This document shows, piece after piece, positions 57,459 to 64,000 of a stretch of DNA of 64,000 nucleotides (positions are counted from its first letter, which is position 1; each line of letters starts with the position of its first letter). The DNA is from a virus (taxonomy: Duplodnaviria; Caudoviricetes), in IMG/VR virus record IMGVR_UViG_3300033388_005412, positions 64,001 through 128,000 of that record. One strand, written 5' to 3'. The position numbers were made by a program, and so were the translations under genes. Below the pieces are notes generated by a model, which did no database searches, had not been told where the DNA came from, and saw nothing but the letters and a program-made list of their open reading frames with translations.

Positions 57459-59393
57459 TCAACATTTCTCTATATTTTTACGCACAACATCAAGATACCA
57501 ATCCAACAAAATATTTATACGATATCTTTGACTTTCAAATATTGAAACAGCATCACTAATTGTTTTAAACCTCGATAACCTTAACTGTATATCATCAAAA
57601 AAATCATTAATATTCCTAATATTAATATTGTGATAAAATTTTAACTTATCATCTGTTAACTTATCTGTTAAATTATTACCAGATAACAAAGACAATAAAT
57701 TAACAACAATTCCACTCGATTTATCAATAACAGTTTCCCGTGAGGCGCGCAATGAACTCTTATAATCATATTTATTATCATGTTCATATGAATCAATCAT
57801 ATCACTTAAAATTGAATCATACTGATCTAATAACAATGCGTGATATTTCTTTTTTATCTCACTAACAACCGCCCCATTATCTTGAACTATATTAATAGAA
57901 TCACGAATCATCAACTGTTCTCTATCATTCGCCGGTGGCCCTGCTTTCTTTTTCGTACCATATTGATTTTTTGGCTCCTCTGTTTGCGAAATTTTTTTCG
58001 GCGAAACACCAAAAAGTTTCTTAGCTAATGGACCCTGCAAACCCGGCTCATCAACGGATTGCAAAATAGTTCGCGGAAGTGTGACAAGTCTCCAATATGT
58101 TTTCTCACGATCTTTATCGGTAAATGGCTCCCTCCCAATCTCTTCTCTTGCCTCATCTTCAGTTATCATATTTCCCTCAAACATCGCAAGCGTATGAAAT
58201 TCTTTTCTTATTTTATCATCAACATCAATCTCAGGAATATATAACTCAACTTTATTAGCATCATTAAATGAATCAAAACCACCCTCTTCCAACAATTCAT
58301 TTATAATAAATTCATTAACATATACACGAATTCTTTTTTGAAATCTTTTAGCAGCGCCAAGTACAGCCTTATTCAATGCAATAGCAGCCCCACGAGAAGA
58401 CCCGGCCTCACCAAGTGAAATAGCTGATTGACCCAAACCTAAATAAATTCTACTTTTAAAATATTCAAGATAGAGATCGACACGCAAGGCTGATTTGCCT
58501 TCACCAACAGCAACAAGTTTATGCCGCTCAGGTGTGACAAGCATACCGTTAGCAGCCATATTAGCGACAGAAACCTCGGCATCTGTAATCTCATCGGGTT
58601 CAGCGGGAATCTCCTCAGTACCAACACTATAATGAATAAGAGGTATCGCGTGTTGAAAAACTAAAATCTCAACATTCTCCTCCATCCGCCTAAGTGCCCG
58701 AATATCATCAAGAACAGCGACGACAGCGGGTGTTCCAAATAATTTTTCAGGCTGCCGATCAAGCGTTATGTGTATAACATCATCTTTTTTATAAAACTTA
58801 GGCCTATCATATAACAGCTCCTGGTTGTATCCCAATAAAACACCAGTTTCTGAACTAGTAACAGCTTTGATTGCCGGAGTCTCCATCACAAAATAACCGC
58901 CAACCGGTAAAAGTTTTTTGCCATAAAATGTTGTCCTGCGGCGGCCGCCAGATGATGCTTCGGATCTCACTTTAACAACAATGGCATTGTAAAAAAGAAC
59001 AAGCTGTTCCGAGATTTCAGACAACAAAACCTCAGTTGGTGTTTCTGTCACCATTGCAATTTGTTTTAACCTTTTTTTAATATAATGAACTGTTTTCGGA
59101 TTTTTTCCAACTATTTCATATCCGTTTTCCCATATCAACTCACAATATCTATTTCTGGCCCTTCTAAGTATGCTGTCAACATTAAAAGCCTGTTGAATTA
59201 TATCAAAATCATAATCAGGTGAAACAAGATCATAATTCCTAGGTTGAATATACCGTTTTAAAGCAATATAAAGTTTTTTTGTAACAGGTTTTATACGCCT
59301 TTTTATGCGCTTCAAAGGTTCAATGCTATTTTTCACAATTGCATCACCAATAATGCCACTTTTTGATTTTTTGAATAAATTAATTAGTTTCAC
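57459..59393 (-). CDS. Portal protein, 644 aa
   Basis: QLVLFYNAIVVK, DDVIHITL...LFGTP, IPLIHYSVG, ITEDEAREEIGREP. Confidence 0.85.
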   Translation of the reverse strand: MKLINLFKKSKSGIIGDAIVKNSIEPLKRIKRRIKPVTKKLYIALKRYIQPRNYDLVSPDYDFDIIQQAFNVDSILRRARNRYCELIWENGYEIVGKNPKTVHYIKKRLKQIAMVTETPTEVLLSEISEQLVLFYNAIVVKVRSEASSGGRRRTTFYGKKLLPVGGYFVMETPAIKAVTSSETGVLLGYNQELLYDRPKFYKKDDVIHITLDRQPEKLFGTPAVVAVLDDIRALRRMEENVEILVFQHAIPLIHYSVGTEEIPAEPDEITDAEVSVANMAANGMLVTPERHKLVAVGEGKSALRVDLYLEYFKSRIYLGLGQSAISLGEAGSSRGAAIALNKAVLGAAKRFQKRIRVYVNEFIINELLEEGGFDSFNDANKVELYIPEIDVDDKIRKEFHTLAMFEGNMITEDEAREEIGREPFTDKDREKTYWRLVTLPRTILQSVDEPGLQGPLAKKLFGVSPKKISQTEEPKNQYGTKKKAGPPANDREQLMIRDSINIVQDNGAVVSEIKKKYHALLLDQYDSILSDMIDSYEHDNKYDYKSSLRASRETVIDKSSGIVVNLLSLLSGNNLTDKLTDDKLKFYHNINIRNINDFFDDIQLRLSRFKTISDAVSIFESQRYRINILLDWYLDVVRKNIEKC

Positions 59394-61582
59394 AGTTTTG
59401 CCGTCCCTTCGAGTATTTTTTGAATTTCCTGTAACTCACCGTCTGATAAAACTTTATCACAATTGCAATCCCCATCGCCGTCTAATATACGTCCAACTTC
59501 CTGCTGAGAATAACCCATAAAATTTGTCAATAAAATTTTCACCCCATCTATTGACCAAGGATCCGCATGCTTAAAATAATCCTCGGTCTCTTTCAACACT
59601 TGCTCTTCTTCAGCTGATAATTTTCTTTTTAAATCTTTTTTATCCGAATCAATACCCGTTACACTTTTACCTGTATATATAGTAGTAAACTTTTTGTCTT
59701 TTTTAACAATATCCTTCAACAAATTAGACATATATCTATCATCAATATCAGCAGCCGCCGCGGCGGCTAATCGCACATTCTCCGACTTCAAATCATCAAT
59801 TCCTGGCTCGACGTTTTCTACACAAAGTTCCCAGAATTTCATAAAACCTAAAACATTATCAATCATCCTAATCCATGATTCAAATTTGAGAACAAACACA
59901 GCATCATCCGTTATTTTCTTTGCTTTTAACGCGCTTAACCGGCCATTAGCAAATAAACTTGCAATATATGCACCAAATTCTTTCATAAATCTATCCAAGT
60001 AAAGACCTAATGTTGTCGTCAACTCAAGCCATGGTAAACATTCCCGTCCAAATGCTTTGTACCTAGTCAAATCTTTAGAATTCAAAGCATATTTATTTAT
60101 GCCAGAATTAATCAACTGACCTAACGATGAAAAAACTTTTCTAATTAATGAATTCACTAGTGTAATGACAAAATTCGCAAAATCAACGACAGACTTATTC
60201 AAATCCAATGTCATTATATTCAACGTGAACTCCAACAAACCTTTTATCATCAATAAATTTTTCTTTCCTAACGCTATCCTCTCACCATGTTCTCCGATAT
60301 GTGCAACTTGTTTTCCTAAATTAGCTATTTGTGTTATAATTCTTAAAACACAGCATAAAAAAGTTGGCGACATAACCCAGCTCTTCATGCCGTCTTCGAC
60401 TGACTTTATAAAATCATTATTAATTGTATCAAGAACTGATTTCATACCATTCCACTGTGACGAAAATTTAGTAGAACCATCAGCTCTAGCCTTCAAATAT
60501 TCTTCCGGCAAATTAGGCTCAAATTTAATGCCACCTGGAGTTTCAAAACCATCCGGAACATACAAGCTAGCGACCTCCTGCATTGTTTTTATATTTTGAA
60601 TCTGTGCCTCGTTTGCCTGCTTGATTGCGAACCATGCCGTGTGTTTTGGTGATTGTTCCCTAACCTTCTCATTCGCTTTTTCAAAAAAATCTTTTTCATG
60701 CTGAATACAATTAAACAATGAAATTTCCTGAGTAATTTGACCAATTGATGACACCGGATTTATATCAGCATATGCCTTGTCTTGCGCGACATCCATTTGT
60801 GCTTCACTATCTTCACCCGAATCAACAGCCGCCGTATCTTGAATTTTCTTAAGCTGTTTTTTTAACGGCAAATCACCGCCGCTTTTCAACGAATCTATGG
60901 CCGACTTAATTTTTTGGGGAATTTTATTAACAAATTTAACACCGGATAATGGCCTAAGCTGAACATAAATGAAACTCAAAACCCATATCAATATTTGATT
61001 CCAAACACCGCGCATCATTGTCTTAACCATATCATCAAATTTATCCTGCTGTTCCTTTCTGATATCATCCGGAGTTTTATAACCAACCTTATCGGGATCG
61101 GCATGGGAAAACAAAACTTTATTCCTATTATTTAATGATTTACGTTTTACGGCAAAATCTTCAGCTGTTAACTTATCACCCGCCGCCTTTCTACCACAAT
61201 ATGGGCAATTAATAGCATCATAAAGCAAACGATCTTTATCTTTGTCTATAGGAATTGATAAATCTTTTAATTGTTTATCGCATTCTTTATCAATCTCATC
61301 CAGCTTATTATTTATATAATCAGCATATTCAATATATTCGTCAATGACCTGTTGCTCCTCATATGGTAATAAATCTCTGGGGTTTTTAACACCACCAGCC
61401 GGTTCACTCGGCACTTTAATTTCACCAGGATGATGCTTCGCCATATGGGTATTATATTCCAAAACTGTTTTAAATCGTATATCACAGTATTTACAATAAA
61501 ATGGGTGAAACGGCGGAACTCCAAAATCACCATCAATTTTTCCGGGAATATGCTGGATAATAGGTTTTTTTAAATCATCCAT
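59390..61582 (-). CDS. Hypothetical protein with an N-terminal C2H2 zinc finger, 730 aa
   Basis: FYCKYCDIRFKTVLEYNTHMAKHH; a second CPYC. Confidence 0.6.
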   Translation of the reverse strand: MDDLKKPIIQHIPGKIDGDFGVPPFHPFYCKYCDIRFKTVLEYNTHMAKHHPGEIKVPSEPAGGVKNPRDLLPYEEQQVIDEYIEYADYINNKLDEIDKECDKQLKDLSIPIDKDKDRLLYDAINCPYCGRKAAGDKLTAEDFAVKRKSLNNRNKVLFSHADPDKVGYKTPDDIRKEQQDKFDDMVKTMMRGVWNQILIWVLSFIYVQLRPLSGVKFVNKIPQKIKSAIDSLKSGGDLPLKKQLKKIQDTAAVDSGEDSEAQMDVAQDKAYADINPVSSIGQITQEISLFNCIQHEKDFFEKANEKVREQSPKHTAWFAIKQANEAQIQNIKTMQEVASLYVPDGFETPGGIKFEPNLPEEYLKARADGSTKFSSQWNGMKSVLDTINNDFIKSVEDGMKSWVMSPTFLCCVLRIITQIANLGKQVAHIGEHGERIALGKKNLLMIKGLLEFTLNIMTLDLNKSVVDFANFVITLVNSLIRKVFSSLGQLINSGINKYALNSKDLTRYKAFGRECLPWLELTTTLGLYLDRFMKEFGAYIASLFANGRLSALKAKKITDDAVFVLKFESWIRMIDNVLGFMKFWELCVENVEPGIDDLKSENVRLAAAAAADIDDRYMSNLLKDIVKKDKKFTTIYTGKSVTGIDSDKKDLKRKLSAEEEQVLKETEDYFKHADPWSIDGVKILLTNFMGYSQQEVGRILDGDGDCNCDKVLSDGELQEIQKILEGTAKL

Positions 61583-61588
61583 ATTTAT

Positions 61589-63316
61589 TTAAAATGTTTT
61601 CCTCTTCGGCGCCAGAACACTATTTCGCCGCATGATGCCGGCATTAACAGGTGAAATATGTTTTTTTCTAGCCTCTCGTTTTCTATTCAAATAATTTGGC
61701 ATATTTCGTGATATAAGTTTACGAAACTTCGACACATTAGAATCAAAACCATCATCCCTCAGCGGTATCGTTGTCGGAACATGATATGTGCTTAACTGCC
61801 TGGTGCATGTCGTTGTGTGATATTTCTTTTTCTCATTAATCTCCAAATTAAATCCAAGCAATGCCAAAAAAAGAGCATTAAGTGCATGATCATTGCCGCC
61901 GCCATCATAGACTGGTCTATCGGTCCCTCTTGAGAATTTAGCAACCTTGAATTCCCTCATTTGCCCAATTATTTTATTCTTATCATCCTCATCATCCGGA
62001 ATACTAATTAAATGATTCTCAACAACTATAACAGCATTATTAACCATATATGGTTTTGCCGGCTTATCTTCTTTTTTACCAGTAACAGGATCCCTGATTT
62101 CAAGATTTCCACCATAATCAATTGGTTTAACTTTCTTATCCAATTCAGTCATAGGGTTGTCCTTGCCGTGCTTCCGCAATGTCTCAATCTGCATTGTGCC
62201 GAATCCCTTATCAACATAGATGGCTAAAAAACTCATACTTTTTGCCAAATTAATAACTCGCTGAACAGATTCTGTTTGAGTATATTCGGATTTTTCAACT
62301 CTAATATTATCAAAAACTCTAAATGTACCAGTGTCTTTCATTCTTTCGAGTATAACAATAGCGGCGCCATATGTCTCATTCCAGTCAACTCCCATTATAT
62401 AAAGATTATCTTTATTATACTTCAACCCAGGTATTGTTTTTCCCTTTACAATTTTATCACGATAATTATACTTTTTCTTTATCGCATTAAGATCCTGATT
62501 TCTGAAAACACCTTCTTCAACTGTTCCCCAACCAGCCTCAACCTCGTGTATGTACGTGGTCCTTGACATACTCTTTCTCGCAAAATCATCAGCTTCCTTT
62601 GTCCAATTAGGACTCTTAAATGATGAGTAATGAAATTCTTTTATATCCGGACTAGTACACCACTGGTAAAACAACCCGCGCCGGCCGGAAGGTGTCGATG
62701 ACGCTATTATTGTCGCTCTTGGGTTATTAAAATATATAGGTAAAATAATTTCAGTTATAACATCATCCAATCCATGGTCCATCTCATCTAATAAAGTCAA
62801 ATCTGATTCTGAACCACGCATGCCGCCACCCTTTGATGAGCTCTTAGCTCCTAATGTGGCACCATTTATAATCGAACCATTCTCAAATTCCATAATAAAA
62901 GGCTTTTTGACATATCTTGATGGTTTAACACAAGAACCCATCATTAGTTTATCCAAAAAATTAAAAATAAGTCTTATTTGTGACTCATACGGCACAGCTA
63001 TCAACACTTTATAATTAGCATTTGTAAATGCAAACCATAATGCTTCAACCGATATAACCAAAGTTTTTCCTAATCTCCGGCCTGTCCTATAAACCTTAAT
63101 ACGATCTTGTAATATTTTTTTTCCATTTTCACCGACACCCCATGTTGCCTGATATCTCAGCATCTTTTTTTGATAACTCCGCAACCTAAGTGGTTTATAT
63201 GGATTATTAGGATCTCTTAATGTCGCCTCAGCCCACTTCACAGGGTCGCTTATAACCTTCAGTTCTTCAAGTTCTTCTTTTGTTAACGGCCTATCTATTT
63301 TTTCTATTTCACTCAT
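61589..63316 (-). CDS. terL: Terminase large subunit
   Basis: TGRRLGKT Walker A, LTLLDEMD Walker B, STPSG coupling motif, MGVDWN and NDHALNA RNase-H-like nuclease motifs. Confidence 0.93.
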   Translation of the reverse strand: MSEIEKIDRPLTKEELEELKVISDPVKWAEATLRDPNNPYKPLRLRSYQKKMLRYQATWGVGENGKKILQDRIKVYRTGRRLGKTLVISVEALWFAFTNANYKVLIAVPYESQIRLIFNFLDKLMMGSCVKPSRYVKKPFIMEFENGSIINGATLGAKSSSKGGGMRGSESDLTLLDEMDHGLDDVITEIILPIYFNNPRATIIASSTPSGRRGLFYQWCTSPDIKEFHYSSFKSPNWTKEADDFARKSMSRTTYIHEVEAGWGTVEEGVFRNQDLNAIKKKYNYRDKIVKGKTIPGLKYNKDNLYIMGVDWNETYGAAIVILERMKDTGTFRVFDNIRVEKSEYTQTESVQRVINLAKSMSFLAIYVDKGFGTMQIETLRKHGKDNPMTELDKKVKPIDYGGNLEIRDPVTGKKEDKPAKPYMVNNAVIVVENHLISIPDDEDDKNKIIGQMREFKVAKFSRGTDRPVYDGGGNDHALNALFLALLGFNLEINEKKKYHTTTCTRQLSTYHVPTTIPLRDDGFDSNVSKFRKLISRNMPNYLNRKREARKKHISPVNAGIMRRNSVLAPKRKTF

Positions 63317-63322
63317 AAATAT

Positions 63323-64000
63323 TTATATAATCTCAGAATAAAGCGATGCCTCGCGACCTATGCTTCGCCGGCCATTAAGGTGTGATCGTTGTATAGCTCG
63401 CACCGATCTCTGACGTTCGGTTTTAGCCGCTGATGTCATATAACCAGCACCAAGACCCTCTCCAAATTCTAAACGGCGTATGTTTTCAGATATACGATCC
63501 ATTGTATTAATAGCCGCAACGCCCATCTTGAATGTTGCGCCGGCCATACTGGATAACAACTCACCCGCAATAAGTCCACCCATTATAGGCAATGCCACTT
63601 TGCCAATTGCTGAGCCAATAACTGTCATTTTACCAAGAGTTCCAATTCCGGCGTCAATGGCACCGGCCATGCCAGCAACAGGAATATTCGCAGATTTCAT
63701 AGCCAACCCAAGATCATTGACGAATTTTGTCGGATTATAAGTTGAAATTGATGTCTTCTTCACGACACCACGAAGAGCTTTCATAAAAGGCGCTTTATAA
63801 TCACTTCCGATTTTTAAAGCGTCCATTATTTTAGCGCCGCCGCCCAAATGAACACCTTTCAACCATGACCTGGCATATCCCGCCGTTGTGCTTTTACCCA
63901 AAAAACCATACTCCGTTGGTAACATAGATGTTATCAAAGACGGAAATATAGTAACACCATGACCAGCCGCCATATGACTGGCGGTGTACAAACCGAAAAC
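63323..64000 (-). CDS. Partial membrane-associated hypothetical protein upstream of terminase
   Basis: Frame is open to the window end (TTG at 63991 is not a clear start); Gly/Ala hydrophobic helices. Confidence 0.55.
   Translation of the reverse strand, partial: VFGLYTASHMAAGHGVTIFPSLITSMLPTEYGFLGKSTTAGYARSWLKGVHLGGGAKIMDALKIGSDYKAPFMKALRGVVKKTSISTYNPTKFVNDLGLAMKSANIPVAGMAGAIDAGIGTLGKMTVIGSAIGKVALPIMGGLIAGELLSSMAGATFKMGVAAINTMDRISENIRRLEFGEGLGAGYMTSAAKTERQRSVRAIQRSHLNGRRSIGREASLYSEII

Noticed and set aside
57425-57465. Seventh late-promoter copy upstream of the protease
   Set aside because: TACTATATTAATAG resembles the downstream element, but no matching upstream hexamer sits at the 18-nt spacing
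57459-63316. Inteins or introns in terminase or portal
   Set aside because: No C...HN-[CST] Hint signatures and ordinary protein lengths
1-64000. Plus-strand ORFs in the track (for example 19747..20196, 40342..40911, 55753..56373)
   Set aside because: They are antisense shadows of long minus-strand genes with no RBS or recognisable domains
1-64000. Stop-codon recoding as seen in some jumbo phages
   Set aside because: Genes up to 8.5 kb are uninterrupted in the standard code, and TAA, TGA and TAG all end genes cleanly
1-64000. tRNA or structured ncRNA genes
   Set aside because: Intergenic gaps are short, AT-rich and show no cloverleaf or T-loop pattern

Overview
This window is the virion morphogenesis region of a large contractile-tailed (myovirus-like, probably jumbo) phage. 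Essentially all genes lie on the minus strand and read with the standard genetic code. In transcription order (high to low coordinates) it holds: terminase large subunit, a C2H2-finger protein, portal, prohead protease/scaffold, head decoration protein, major capsid protein, neck and tail-completion proteins, tail sheath, four tail-tube-fold paralogs (one with an intein), two paralogous tail chaperones, a 2851-aa tape-measure-like protein with two tandem inteins, a 2103-aa protein, a 2288-aa thermonuclease/baseplate-hub fusion, baseplate wedge genes, a probable lysis cluster and tail fibre proteins. The main result is that the 2103-aa protein between the tape measure and hub carries the motifs of both catalytic barrels of a two-barrel RNA polymerase in one chain (beta-like GxK-x7-KG and beta'-like R-x-P...GGDSDGD), plus a degenerate DEDDh-like domain. 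It is probably a virion-delivered RNAP. A bipartite promoter-like motif (WTGWTW-N18-TANTAT...TAG) recurs at six gene junctions. All assignments come from motifs and gene order read by eye; no searches were run.
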